Source: a virus. Taken from it: a DNA stretch of 64,000 nt. Location of the stretch: positions 1-64,000 of the IMG/VR virus record IMGVR_UViG_3300021962_000040; one strand, written 5' to 3'. Of this stretch, positions 26,185 to 36,635 are shown one piece after another. The notes beneath the pieces were generated by a model. The model saw only the letters and a program-made list of their open reading frames with translations, made no database searches and was not told the origin of the DNA. Positions within the stretch are counted from its first letter, which is position 1, and every line of letters begins with the position of its first letter. Position numbers and translations under genes: made by a program.

Positions 26185-26460
26185 ATGGAAAACCAGAAAA
26201 TTGTGCCAGTGGGCAAGAGAGTATTGATCAAGGAGAAGAAACCGGGGGAGTTCTTTCCGGGGACCAAGATAATGATTCCTGATGCAGCTAGAGAAAAGAC
26301 ATTTCAAGGCTACATTGTGGGCATTGGTAAAGAAGTAACTGAAGTAAATGTAGGTGATCTTATTCAGTATGTAGATTACGCAACACCCGTTGAGATGAAG
26401 CATAATGGTGAGAAGCATTTACTTATTGCTCAAGGTGATATTCTTGCTGTGATTGAATGA
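26185..26460 (+). CDS. groES: GroES-like co-chaperonin
   Basis: IVPVGKRVLIK, IMIPDAAREK..QG.IVGIG, V.VGD, GEKHLLI..GDILAVIE. Confidence 0.85.
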   Translation: MENQKIVPVGKRVLIKEKKPGEFFPGTKIMIPDAAREKTFQGYIVGIGKEVTEVNVGDLIQYVDYATPVEMKHNGEKHLLIAQGDILAVIE

Positions 26461-28643
26461 ACAGAATAGTTCCAACATATGAAAATGGTCAGTGGACTAC
26501 TACGGAGTTTTATACTACGCAGGAGTTCATTGACTTTTTACTGAGCATCTTCAAAGAACCTGGTCAGTATGAGTATGATGAAACATCATTCTTGTTTAAC
26601 AAAGAAGCACAAAACTTCAACAAGAATGGTTTTTATTGCTCAGCTCCTTTTAGATCAAAAGACTTTAACGTTTATTGGGAAGCAGAAAAGGAGAAGTGCC
26701 GTAATGGTGCAATCTACAGGAATGCTGGAAAGACCTGGTATCTTACAAGAGACTACTACATGTGGTTAAACTTTCTTCCAATCTATGATAAAGAAGAGAA
26801 GAAATATGGGTTTGCCAAAGTCAGAGATGCACAGTATCATATGGCTATCTATGAACTGTTGGCTGAGTTAAGTAATAAACACTCAGCTATTTTAAAGAAA
26901 CGTCAGATTGCTTCTTCTTACTTCCACATGGGTAAGCTTATAAACACCTACTGGTTTGAAGAAGGTAGTGTATGTAAGATTGGTGCTTCACTAAAAGACT
27001 ACATCAATGATAAAGGTTCTTGGAAATTCTTGGATGAGTACAAAGATTTCTTGAATGAACATACTGCTTGGTATAGACCAAGTAATCCTGAAAAGGTTCT
27101 TTTATGGCAACAACAGATTGAAGTAAGAGTTGGTAACAGAAAGACTACCAAAGGTTTAAAATCTAAGATACAAGGTGCCTCTTTTGAGAAGAGTGCAACA
27201 ACAGGTGTCGGTGGTCCTACTACATACTTTTTCCATGAGGAAGCTGGTATTGCTCCAAAGATGATGGAGACTTATGAATACTTAAGACCTGCAATGTCTT
27301 CCGGTATGGTTACTACAGGTATGTTTATTGCTGCAGGATCTGTGGGTGATTTGGAACAATGTAATCCTTTGAAGGACATGGTTCTTAATCCAACAAACAA
27401 TGACATCTATGCTGTAGAAACAAACCTGCTTGATGCAGATGGAACCATTGGCTTAGCCGGCTTATTTATTCCTGAGCAATGGTCAATGCCCCCATACATT
27501 GATGAGTATGGTAACTCATTAGTTGAAGAGGCTTTGAAGGCAATTCATGCTGAAAGAGAAAAGTGGAAGTCTGAACTAAACCCAGAGCAGTATCAGTTAC
27601 GTATATCTCAGAAACCAACCAATATAGCTGAAGCATTTGCTTATAGAAAGGAGTCTATCTTTCCACAGGGTATTATTTCTAAGCAACTTAAAAGGATTGA
27701 AGACAAAGAATATTCTTTTGAGCATATTGAATTGGAAAGAACTGTAGAAGGTATTGAAGCTAAAAGAAGTAACAAACTTCCTATATCACAGTTTCCGGTA
27801 GATAAGAAGATGCAAGATAAATCTGGTGTCCTTGTTGTATGGGAAAGACCTGTTAAAAATCCTTCATTTGGGATGTACTATGCATCTGTTGACCCCGTGT
27901 CAGAAGGTAAAACAACTACTTCAGATTCACTCTGTAGTATCTTTGTTTACAAGAGTGCTGTAGAGGTTACAAGAGAAACTCCTGATGGATATGAATCCTT
28001 TATTGAGAAAGATAAAATTGTAGCAGCTTGGTGTGGTAGATATGATGATGTTAACAAGACTCATGAGCAATTGGAAAAGATCATTGAATGGTACAATGCT
28101 TGGACTGTTGTGGAGAACAACATCTCTTTGTTTATCCAGTACATGATCTCTAGAAGAAAGCAGAGATACTTGGTACCAAAGCAACAAATTCTATTCTTAA
28201 AAGATCTTGGTTCAAATGCAACAGTATACCAAGAGTATGGATGGAAGAACACCGGTATTCTATTTAAGAGTCACCTCATCTCTTATGCAATTGAGTTCTT
28301 AAGAGAAGAGACTGATACTGAGTTAGATAACCATGGAAATATTCTCAGTACTACATTGGGTATTGAAAGGATTCCAGATCCTATGTTGTTGAAAGAGATG
28401 CTTGCTTACCAACCTGGTGTCAACGTTGACCGTTTGGTAGCTTTCTCTGCATTGGTTGCATTTGCCAAAATTCAACAGTCAAACAGAGGATTTACTAAAA
28501 GAAAAGAAGAAGATGCAACAAAGAATTTGCAAAATCAAAATAATTTGTATAAATTAAAGTATAGTCCGTTTAAAAACTTGGAACGTAATAAAACTATGAC
28601 TTCAGGTAGACCAGGGAGATCTGCTTTTAAAAACTTTAGATAA
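26457..28643 (+). CDS. terL: terminase large subunit
   Basis: LKKRQIASSY, FFHEEAG Walker B, nuclease ASVDPV...SDSL, VENN, NVDRLVA. Confidence 0.9.
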   Translation: MNRIVPTYENGQWTTTEFYTTQEFIDFLLSIFKEPGQYEYDETSFLFNKEAQNFNKNGFYCSAPFRSKDFNVYWEAEKEKCRNGAIYRNAGKTWYLTRDYYMWLNFLPIYDKEEKKYGFAKVRDAQYHMAIYELLAELSNKHSAILKKRQIASSYFHMGKLINTYWFEEGSVCKIGASLKDYINDKGSWKFLDEYKDFLNEHTAWYRPSNPEKVLLWQQQIEVRVGNRKTTKGLKSKIQGASFEKSATTGVGGPTTYFFHEEAGIAPKMMETYEYLRPAMSSGMVTTGMFIAAGSVGDLEQCNPLKDMVLNPTNNDIYAVETNLLDADGTIGLAGLFIPEQWSMPPYIDEYGNSLVEEALKAIHAEREKWKSELNPEQYQLRISQKPTNIAEAFAYRKESIFPQGIISKQLKRIEDKEYSFEHIELERTVEGIEAKRSNKLPISQFPVDKKMQDKSGVLVVWERPVKNPSFGMYYASVDPVSEGKTTTSDSLCSIFVYKSAVEVTRETPDGYESFIEKDKIVAAWCGRYDDVNKTHEQLEKIIEWYNAWTVVENNISLFIQYMISRRKQRYLVPKQQILFLKDLGSNATVYQEYGWKNTGILFKSHLISYAIEFLREETDTELDNHGNILSTTLGIERIPDPMLLKEMLAYQPGVNVDRLVAFSALVAFAKIQQSNRGFTKRKEEDATKNLQNQNNLYKLKYSPFKNLERNKTMTSGRPGRSAFKNFR

Positions 28644-31399
28644 TGAAGGTATATAACGCATTGGATTTAAAGAAAGGTGCAAAGGGAGAGGGGTATCCAA
28701 CTACCACTAGTCTCACTCAGCCTATTCAATTCCTACCTGCAAAGGAGAAGGATGATGATTGGGCAGCCTGGAACATTGATTGGTTAGAGCTTCAGGGGAT
28801 GGAGTTTTTAAGATTGAATGCAAGAAAGTTGTTGAAAAACTACAAGCTTGCAAAAGGTATCATTGATAAAACAGACTACATTGTAGCAGAAGATAATGAC
28901 TATGCTCAGATGATTGATGTCTTAACCAAAGAAGATCACTCAGCATTAGAGCTTAAGTTCTACCCTATTATTCCCAACGTGGTTAATGTACTATGTGGGG
29001 AATTCTCTAAAAGATACAACAAGATTCAGTTTAGAGCGGTAGATGATCTATCCTATAATGAAATGCTTGAGCAAAAAAGAATCCAAGTAGAGCAAAATCT
29101 ACTTGCTGATGCTGAAGCAAAGTTAATTGCTAGAATGATTGAGATGGGAATGGACCCAGATAGTCCAGAAGCTCAACAGCAATTAGCTCCTGAAAATATT
29201 AAATCACTGCCTGAGATTGAAGACTTCTTTAGAAAGGATTATAGATCTATAATTGAGGAGTGGGCAGGACATCAATACAATGTTGATGAAGAAAGATTCA
29301 AGATGGCAGAACTAGAAGAACGTGGTTTCCGTGATATGTTAATCACAGACCGTGAGTTCTGGCATTTCAGAATGTTAGAAGATGATTATGAGGTTGAACT
29401 TTGGAACCCTGTTCTAACTTTCTACCACAAGTCTCCAGATTCAAGATATATTTCTGAAGGTAACTTTGTTGGAAAACTTGATTTAATGACTGTATCAGAT
29501 GTAATTGATAAGTATGGTTATTTGATGACAGAAGAACAATTACATTCATTACAGAATATTTACCCTGCAAAATCAGCACTATATCAAGTTAATGGTTACC
29601 AGAATGATGGAGCTTATTATGATCCAAGTAGATCACATGAGTGGAATACAAATTCTCCTGGTTTAGCTTATAGACAATTTACTAGCAACTGGTCTAATGA
29701 TCCAGCTAGAGGTGGTGATATTGTAAGTGCAATCTTAAGTGAAAGTGATGATGTACTAAATTGGGGTCAAGGTTATTTGATGAGAGTTTGTACAGTCTAT
29801 TGGAAAACTCAAAGAAAAGTTGGTCACTTGACTAGGATTACTGAAGATGGAGAAATCATTCAAGAAATTATTGATGAAACATTCAAAGTAACTGAAAAAC
29901 CAATTTATGATACATCAGTATTTAAAAACAAGACAAAGGAGAATCTTCTCCAAGGTGAACACGTTGATTGGATCTGGATTAATGAAGTATGGGGCGGAGT
30001 TAAGATTGGTCCAAACTTGCCTGCTTTCTGGAGATCAAACATTAGTAATAATATTAATCCCATTTACGTAGGAGTTAATAGAACTAAGCCTGGAAGAATT
30101 CCATTCCAATTTAAAGGATCACAAACATTATATGGCTGCAAGCTACCTGTAGAAGGTAGAGTATTCTCTGATAGAAATACTAAATCAACTTCTTTGGTAG
30201 ATTTGATGAAAGCTTACCAGGTTGGCTATAACATGGTAAATAATCAGATTGCAGACATCTTAGTAGATGAGTTGGGTACTGTTATCATGTTTGATCAGAA
30301 CGCATTACCTAGACACTCTATGGGTGAAGATTGGGGTAAAGGAAACTATGCTAAAGCATATGTTGCAATGAAGGATTTCCAAATGCTTCCTTTAGACACA
30401 TCTATTACCAATACGGAGAATGCTACTAATTTTAATCATTACCAGGTTCTGAACATGGAACAAAGTAATAGATTGATGGGTAGAATTAATCTGGCTAATT
30501 ACTTTAAGCAACAGTGTTTTGATGCAATTGGTGTTAATCCTCAGAGACTTGGTGCCCCAATGGGTCAAGAAACTGCAACAGGAGTTACACAAGCATTGAA
30601 TCAATCTTATGCTCAAACAGAGATTTACTTTAATCAGCACTCTGATTATTTAATGCCAAGAGTGCATCAGATGAGAACTGACTTGGCTCAGTACTATCAA
30701 AGTAGAAATCCAAGTGTAAGATTAAGCTACATTACAACTGAAGCTGAAAAGGTTAACTTTACTATTAACGGTACTGATCTCTTATTAAGAGACTTTAATA
30801 TTTTTGCTACAACTAAAACTAACCATAGAGCTATTCTTGATCAATTGAAGCAATTAGCTCTTACAAATAATACTACTGGTGCAACAATCTTTGATCTTGG
30901 TAATATTGTCAAAGCTGATTCAATTGCTGAAGTCACCGATATCCTCAAGGGTGCGGAGCAGAAGCAAATGGCTATGAGAGAGCAAGAAATGCAGAACCAA
31001 AGACAAATGCAGGAACAAGCTCTTCAAGCAAGAACTCAAGAAGAACAAATGAAACTTCAGTTTGAATCTGATCAAAATGATAAGAACAGACAGAATGAGA
31101 TTCTTGTTGCAGAGATTAGAGCTGCCGGCTATGGTTCTGGAGTTGATATCAATCAAAACATGATGTCTGATTACAGAGATGCCATGAGTGATATTAAAAA
31201 GACTACAGAATATCAAGAGCAGATGAATCTAAAACGTGAGCAAAATGCTATGACAAATAGCATGACTCAGAAGAAACTTGATGTGGAGAGAGATAGACTA
31301 GCAACTCAAAGAGATATTGCAAATACTCAACTTGAAATTGCTAGAGAGAATAAGAATAAGTATGATTCAAAAGGCAAACCTAATAGCAAAGAAAAATAA
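28643..31399 (+). CDS. portal protein
   Basis: 918 aa after terL; YPIIPN.VNVL.GE, SLVDLMK.YQ, G...QRLG, coiled-coil C-terminus typical of crAss portals. Confidence 0.85.
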   Translation: MKVYNALDLKKGAKGEGYPTTTSLTQPIQFLPAKEKDDDWAAWNIDWLELQGMEFLRLNARKLLKNYKLAKGIIDKTDYIVAEDNDYAQMIDVLTKEDHSALELKFYPIIPNVVNVLCGEFSKRYNKIQFRAVDDLSYNEMLEQKRIQVEQNLLADAEAKLIARMIEMGMDPDSPEAQQQLAPENIKSLPEIEDFFRKDYRSIIEEWAGHQYNVDEERFKMAELEERGFRDMLITDREFWHFRMLEDDYEVELWNPVLTFYHKSPDSRYISEGNFVGKLDLMTVSDVIDKYGYLMTEEQLHSLQNIYPAKSALYQVNGYQNDGAYYDPSRSHEWNTNSPGLAYRQFTSNWSNDPARGGDIVSAILSESDDVLNWGQGYLMRVCTVYWKTQRKVGHLTRITEDGEIIQEIIDETFKVTEKPIYDTSVFKNKTKENLLQGEHVDWIWINEVWGGVKIGPNLPAFWRSNISNNINPIYVGVNRTKPGRIPFQFKGSQTLYGCKLPVEGRVFSDRNTKSTSLVDLMKAYQVGYNMVNNQIADILVDELGTVIMFDQNALPRHSMGEDWGKGNYAKAYVAMKDFQMLPLDTSITNTENATNFNHYQVLNMEQSNRLMGRINLANYFKQQCFDAIGVNPQRLGAPMGQETATGVTQALNQSYAQTEIYFNQHSDYLMPRVHQMRTDLAQYYQSRNPSVRLSYITTEAEKVNFTINGTDLLLRDFNIFATTKTNHRAILDQLKQLALTNNTTGATIFDLGNIVKADSIAEVTDILKGAEQKQMAMREQEMQNQRQMQEQALQARTQEEQMKLQFESDQNDKNRQNEILVAEIRAAGYGSGVDINQNMMSDYRDAMSDIKKTTEYQEQMNLKREQNAMTNSMTQKKLDVERDRLATQRDIANTQLEIARENKNKYDSKGKPNSKEK

Positions 31400-31533
31400 T
31401 TTGAAACCTATGTGAAAATATATTTTGGTGATAGCTATATACTGCAGAAAATGTGGAGCTATCCCAAAATATTATAGGTTTAACTCAAATATTCTTTCTA
31501 TATTGTATATGTAAAACCAACAAAACAAATAGT

Positions 31534-32814
31534 ATGAATACACAGTCAGTAGAAACTAAAGTGGAAAAGGTAGACATTAACCTTGATGAACTGTTTGAAG
31601 GAGCAGCTTCAGCAACTAGTGTTACTATTCCATCTGAGGGTGACAAGAAAAAATCTGAGCCTAAGATGGTGAATATTTTTTCAAAAGAAAAACCAGTAGA
31701 TTTTTCTTTCACTGAGCCAGGTGCAAGTGATGATGAAGAAGATGATACTGATGAAGAAGAAACAGGTGCTGCATCAAAACAACCAACAGCCGCTTCAAAA
31801 AAAGAATCTTCTGATCTTTTAGACTCTTTTATGGATGAGGAAGATGAAGAAGAGAAAGTAGAAACTAGAGGAAGAAAAAAGATTGAAGGAATTGCGGATG
31901 TATTCCAAAAGCTTATTAAAGAGGACAAGATTGTTCCTTTTGAAGATGATAAGAATTTAGAAGAATACAGTTTAAAAGATTGGGAAGAGTTGATTGAAGC
32001 TAACTTAGAAGAAAGAGCTAATCAAGTAAGAAGAGAAACTCCTAAACAATTTTTTGATGCATTACCTCAAGAACTTCAGATTGCAGCACGTTATGTAGCT
32101 AACGGAGGAACTGATCTAAAAAGCCTTTTTGCAACTTTAGCACAAGCTGAAGAAACAAGAGACTTGGATATCAAAAGTGAGAGAGATCAGGAATTAATTA
32201 TCCGTGATTATTTAAAAGCTACAGGCTACGGATCAACTGAAGAAATTGAAGAGGAAATTGAAATTTGGAAAGATCTTGGTAAACTAGAGGCACAAGCATC
32301 TAAGTTCAAACCAAAATTGGATAAGATGCAAGAACAAGTTGTTGCAAGAAAACTTGAAGAACAAGAAATGAGAAGAAAGCAACAAGAGCAAGCATCTCAA
32401 CAATATATGCAGAATGTGTATGAAACACTTAAAGATGGTACTGTAGGTGATGTTAAGATTGATAGAAAGACTCAGAATATGTTATATAACGGTCTTGTTC
32501 AACCTAACTATCCTTCTGTAAGTGGAAGAAATACAAACTTACTTGGTCACTTGTTAGAGAAGTATCAGTTTGTAGAACCTAATTACACATTGATTTCTGA
32601 AGCTCTGTGGCTGCTTTCTGATCCTGATGGATACAAAGCACGTATCATGGAAAAAGGTTCTCAGAAAGCTGTAGAATCTACAGTAAGAAAACTAAAAACT
32701 GAACAAGCTAACAGTGGTGGAAGTTCTCTTGGTGTAGATAAGGTTGAAGAATCTGAAAGACCAATTAGTAAAAGAAAAATACAAAGACCTAATAATATTT
32801 TTAAACGCTTTTAA
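31534..32814 (+). CDS. acidic putative capsid scaffolding protein (start MNTQ at 31534)
   Basis: Acidic, coiled-coil, between portal and MCP; AAAACCAACAAA leader. Confidence 0.65.
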   Translation: MNTQSVETKVEKVDINLDELFEGAASATSVTIPSEGDKKKSEPKMVNIFSKEKPVDFSFTEPGASDDEEDDTDEEETGAASKQPTAASKKESSDLLDSFMDEEDEEEKVETRGRKKIEGIADVFQKLIKEDKIVPFEDDKNLEEYSLKDWEELIEANLEERANQVRRETPKQFFDALPQELQIAARYVANGGTDLKSLFATLAQAEETRDLDIKSERDQELIIRDYLKATGYGSTEEIEEEIEIWKDLGKLEAQASKFKPKLDKMQEQVVARKLEEQEMRRKQQEQASQQYMQNVYETLKDGTVGDVKIDRKTQNMLYNGLVQPNYPSVSGRNTNLLGHLLEKYQFVEPNYTLISEALWLLSDPDGYKARIMEKGSQKAVESTVRKLKTEQANSGGSSLGVDKVEESERPISKRKIQRPNNIFKRF

Positions 32815-32854
32815 CAACAACAATTAATAATTAACAACAAAAACACAATCAATT

Positions 32855-34474
32855 ATGGCAACTCCTGTTTTAAACAATGGAATTTTCCTGAGAGACACTA
32901 GCTACAAAGCCAGTTCTCACGTAGATTCTTACCACTTAACTCAAATGTTAGGTAGTGCTGAACCCATGGATATGGGTCCAGTGGACTTATGGGCTATGAC
33001 TCAAAAAGTTGAAATGCCCCTTTATCAAATGGCTTCTTTTGGTGGTAAAAATACCATCATGGTTGACAATGCACGTGGAGAGTACAAGTGGCAAACGCCA
33101 ATTGCTCAAGACCTTCCTTTTGTAGTTGTGGATCTTGATCCTCAAAATGCAAGCAAAGGTATTGACGGTACTACTTTCACTATCAAATTGTCTAAGAGAT
33201 CATTTGGTCATGGTGATATCATCACTTATGACAAGTACAACGGTTTAGAATTGTACATTACAGCTTCTGATATCATCCCTGCTGGTGATGGTTTCATCTA
33301 CACTGTACAATTGGTGAACAACAACAACGCTGCAAGTCTTGATAACAAGTATCTTGCTCCTGGAACTAAGTTCTTCCGTAAAGGTTCTGCCCGTGGTGAG
33401 TACGGTGAAAGATTCTCTGACATTGAAACTGGTTCTGGTTTCCGTGAGTTCTACAACTACGTAGGTGGTGCTGAAGCTCACGTTCACTATTCTATTTCTA
33501 GCCGTGCTGACTTAATGATCAAAGGTGGTCTTAATGCTGACGGTACTGTACCTGTAACTGAAATCTGGAGAAACTTTAACCAGGATCAAACTAATCCTTC
33601 TGTTTCTTCTATTGAAGAGCTTGTAGCTTCTATGGGTAAAGCTGGTGCACGTGATGCTTTTGAAAGCGGTAAATTGTCACGCACATTTGTTACCAATATG
33701 GAAGCAGCTCACTTAACCAAAATTGCTAATGACATTGAGACTTACTTGATGTGGGGTAAAGGTGGTAGAATTAAGCAAGATGGTCCGGATGATATCAGAT
33801 TGTCTGTAGGTTTGTGGTCTCAATTGGATAACTCATTCAAGAGAGTATACAACAAATCTTCTTTCTCTCTTGATATGTTCAAGTCTGAGCTTTACAACTT
33901 CTACCAAGGTAAAGTTGAGTTCAAAGGTCCAGATCCACAACGTAAGCTTGTTGTACAAACTGGTATCGGTGGTATGCAGTTGATCAACAAAGCTATTGCT
34001 GATGAAGTATACGGATCTGGTTTAGTTCAAAATGCTTCTGAAATTGGTGCTGTTACCGGTAAAGGTATGGATCTTGATTTTGGATTTGCATACACTAGCT
34101 TCACTATTCCTTTCTTGGCTAACGTGAAGTTTGTATTGAACCCTGCATTTGATAACTTGCACACCAATGATATTGAGAATCCTTTGATTGATGGCCGTCC
34201 ATTAAGTTCTTACAGCTTTATTATCTTTGACGTTACTGATAACGGAAATGATAACATCTACTTGTTGAAACTTAACTGGGATAACCAATTGAAGTGGTTC
34301 TACCAAAACGGTACTATGGACTACATGGGACGTACTCAAGGGTTTGCATCTTCTGGTAACTTCAATGGATACCGTGTATACATGAGCCAGACTATGCCTG
34401 CCATCTGGGTAAAAGACCCAACTAAGGTTCTTAAGATTGTTATGAGAAACCCAGTTACTGGCGGATCATTCTAA
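32855..34474 (+). CDS. major capsid protein
   Basis: 539 aa, high-expression codon bias, crAss gene order terL-portal-scaffold-MCP, strong terminator downstream. Confidence 0.85.
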   Translation: MATPVLNNGIFLRDTSYKASSHVDSYHLTQMLGSAEPMDMGPVDLWAMTQKVEMPLYQMASFGGKNTIMVDNARGEYKWQTPIAQDLPFVVVDLDPQNASKGIDGTTFTIKLSKRSFGHGDIITYDKYNGLELYITASDIIPAGDGFIYTVQLVNNNNAASLDNKYLAPGTKFFRKGSARGEYGERFSDIETGSGFREFYNYVGGAEAHVHYSISSRADLMIKGGLNADGTVPVTEIWRNFNQDQTNPSVSSIEELVASMGKAGARDAFESGKLSRTFVTNMEAAHLTKIANDIETYLMWGKGGRIKQDGPDDIRLSVGLWSQLDNSFKRVYNKSSFSLDMFKSELYNFYQGKVEFKGPDPQRKLVVQTGIGGMQLINKAIADEVYGSGLVQNASEIGAVTGKGMDLDFGFAYTSFTIPFLANVKFVLNPAFDNLHTNDIENPLIDGRPLSSYSFIIFDVTDNGNDNIYLLKLNWDNQLKWFYQNGTMDYMGRTQGFASSGNFNGYRVYMSQTMPAIWVKDPTKVLKIVMRNPVTGGSF

Positions 34475-34490
34475 TCTAATTGATGAATTC

Positions 34491-34529
34491 AAAAAAGGGG
34501 GGATGGGTCAAACCTCCTCCCTTTTTTTA
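34491..34529 (+). terminator. intrinsic terminator
   Basis: AAAAAAGGGGGGATGGGTCAAACCTCCTCCCTTTTTTT. Confidence 0.8.
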
Positions 34530-34555
34530 TCTTAAATTAAACAAAAGAAAAAATT

Positions 34556-34810
34556 ATGTCAATTTATAAAAAAGCTCCGTTTGATCATGTTAGTGAGTTC
34601 TCTAACAAAACAACCAAAGAGTTATTTGCTACTCCAGAGTTTGATGCTTCAGTAGAAGCTTTGTTTGGAAATGCTGCATGCATTGCAGCTATAGAACAAG
34701 TTTTGGTAAGCAGAGCTTATGCAAATAATGCTGCCGCAATTACTGGTGGATTGGTTGCAGGTCAATTATACAACAACACAACTACTAAAGCAATTACTGT
34801 GGTAGTTTAA
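34556..34810 (+). CDS. small putative structural protein
   Basis: YANNAAAITGGLVAGQLY motif resembling phage fibre/decoration proteins. Confidence 0.6.
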   Translation: MSIYKKAPFDHVSEFSNKTTKELFATPEFDASVEALFGNAACIAAIEQVLVSRAYANNAAAITGGLVAGQLYNNTTTKAITVVV

Positions 34811-34905
34811 AAACTCAAAAAACTTTTGCCGGGAAACCGGCATTAGATTATAAAAAATGTACATAATTATGTACTTTTGAGTTATAATTTAAAAACCAAA
34901 TAATT

Positions 34906-35922
34906 ATGAATGATTACACAATTGTAGAAAAGTATCAGCAAAACAAGAGCAGGACTATTGCTGTACGTCCATTCTTTGATCCCAACAAACAAAACATGGG
35001 ATTGGAAAACTATGGTATGTCCCTTTATGATGGGGTGTGGCATGAAGAATCTTTAGCATGTCTTGAACTCAATGGAGTCAAAAGATATGTAACTGGTTTG
35101 AATGAATTTGCACCAGAAGTAAAAAAACTTGCTCCTGGAGAAAGAGAGATTAAGATTAAAGAAATTAGAAGAGTTGTTTCACAACTTGAGGCTGAACTTG
35201 CAGCAAATGTTATTGACGTTGAAGATAAAGATTTCTGGAACAAAGTAACTTTATTAAAACCTGACAATGACAAATTCTGGTCAAGAATTAGTTTAAGATG
35301 TGGTAATGACCCTGTTTACTTAGATCCAGACACTGATCCTTATGATCTTATTAAACTTTACGCAATTAATGCTGGTGGTTTTAGCATTGTTGCTAAATCT
35401 TTGAAAGATGCTAAGAAATCTATCAACTCTCCTAAGTTCTACTTAGATCAGTTGCAAGAGACTGTAAATACTAGAACTGAGTTTACTAAACTTAGAAACA
35501 AAGCTATTTCTGAATTGGAAAAACTATTCACTAAAAACACAAATAAGCTTATGTATGTAGCTAAAGTTGTTGATGGTGATAGCACACAATATACTAAGTC
35601 CACTCCAAATGATATCTTGTATGAAAACATGGATATCTTTATTAACGGTGAGGGTACTGAATCTAACAAAACAAGAGCTGCAGAATCATTCATTGAAGCT
35701 GCCAATGCAACCATGGAAGATTTGAAAATCAGAGCATTGGTTAAAGATTGTATGTTCTACAGATTCATTATACCAAAATCAAATGGTTGGATTGAAACAT
35801 TAGATGGTCATGCTAGATTGGGTAAGAGACCTTCAGAAGTTGTTGAATTTTTGAAAGATCCTATCAATGAAGAAGTATTGACATCCCTATTAAGTAAAGT
35901 AGAACCATATTGGACAATTTAA
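34906..35922 (+). CDS. conserved capsid-module protein
   Basis: 338 aa, located downstream of MCP. Confidence 0.7.
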   Translation: MNDYTIVEKYQQNKSRTIAVRPFFDPNKQNMGLENYGMSLYDGVWHEESLACLELNGVKRYVTGLNEFAPEVKKLAPGEREIKIKEIRRVVSQLEAELAANVIDVEDKDFWNKVTLLKPDNDKFWSRISLRCGNDPVYLDPDTDPYDLIKLYAINAGGFSIVAKSLKDAKKSINSPKFYLDQLQETVNTRTEFTKLRNKAISELEKLFTKNTNKLMYVAKVVDGDSTQYTKSTPNDILYENMDIFINGEGTESNKTRAAESFIEAANATMEDLKIRALVKDCMFYRFIIPKSNGWIETLDGHARLGKRPSEVVEFLKDPINEEVLTSLLSKVEPYWTI

Positions 35923-35928
35923 TAAGTC

Positions 35929-36633
35929 ATGAATAATCAAATCCTTCGGTTAAAGTTAAAGCAAAGATTGAACAAGCTTTCTAGTAATGATTATGATAAT
36001 CTAGAAAACTGGCAAATCATTGAAGCATTCAATAAAGCTCAGGTAGAATGGGTTAGAAGAATGCTGCATGGCAATAATCTTTATAAAGAAGGAGATGAGC
36101 TTTCTAAGAGAAGGATTGATGACTTACAAATACTGTTAACAGAACTACCGTTAGTTGGTACTTCTAATGATCAGTATTTCCAAACAACAAATTTTCCACC
36201 GGCTAATTACTTAGAATACAAAAGAGTTAGTACAAATGCTGTTACAGAATGTTGTCCTGATCCCCGTTCAATGACAGTTTATTTAGGTGAGGTTGCTAAT
36301 GTAGACTTATACCTTAGAGATCCACTTAAGAGACCTGATTTTGAATGGGGTGAAACATTCCTTACAATGATTAATAATACAATCAGAATTTATTTAAGGG
36401 AATTTACTCTTGCTAATCCAGTGCTTACTTATTACAGACAACCCAGAGGAATTGAATTTACGGGTGTTTTAAATCCATATACTGGAATTATTTCTACAGC
36501 AGATGTTACCTCAGAATTTAAAGATGACATTGTAGAATTAATGCTAGATGATGCTGCCGCACTAATTGCTGGAGATATTGAAAACTTTAATCAAATGCAG
36601 AGAGAACAACAAGCTGCAGAAAGAAATAACTAA
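35929..36633 (+). CDS. head-tail connector/ring protein
   Basis: LNK.SS.DY...I..AFNKAQ...RRIDDLQ.L...Y.RQP pattern of crAss ring proteins. Confidence 0.6.
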   Translation: MNNQILRLKLKQRLNKLSSNDYDNLENWQIIEAFNKAQVEWVRRMLHGNNLYKEGDELSKRRIDDLQILLTELPLVGTSNDQYFQTTNFPPANYLEYKRVSTNAVTECCPDPRSMTVYLGEVANVDLYLRDPLKRPDFEWGETFLTMINNTIRIYLREFTLANPVLTYYRQPRGIEFTGVLNPYTGIISTADVTSEFKDDIVELMLDDAAALIAGDIENFNQMQREQQAAERNN

Positions 36634-36635
36634 TT

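Noticed and set aside
31453-31533. GTG start at 31453 for the scaffold gene
   Set aside because: The extension spans the promoter-like motif and the AAAACCAACAAA leader; ATG 31534 fits better.
26457-34474. Introns or inteins in terL, portal or MCP
   Set aside because: Single uninterrupted ORFs of plausible size without intein terminal motifs.
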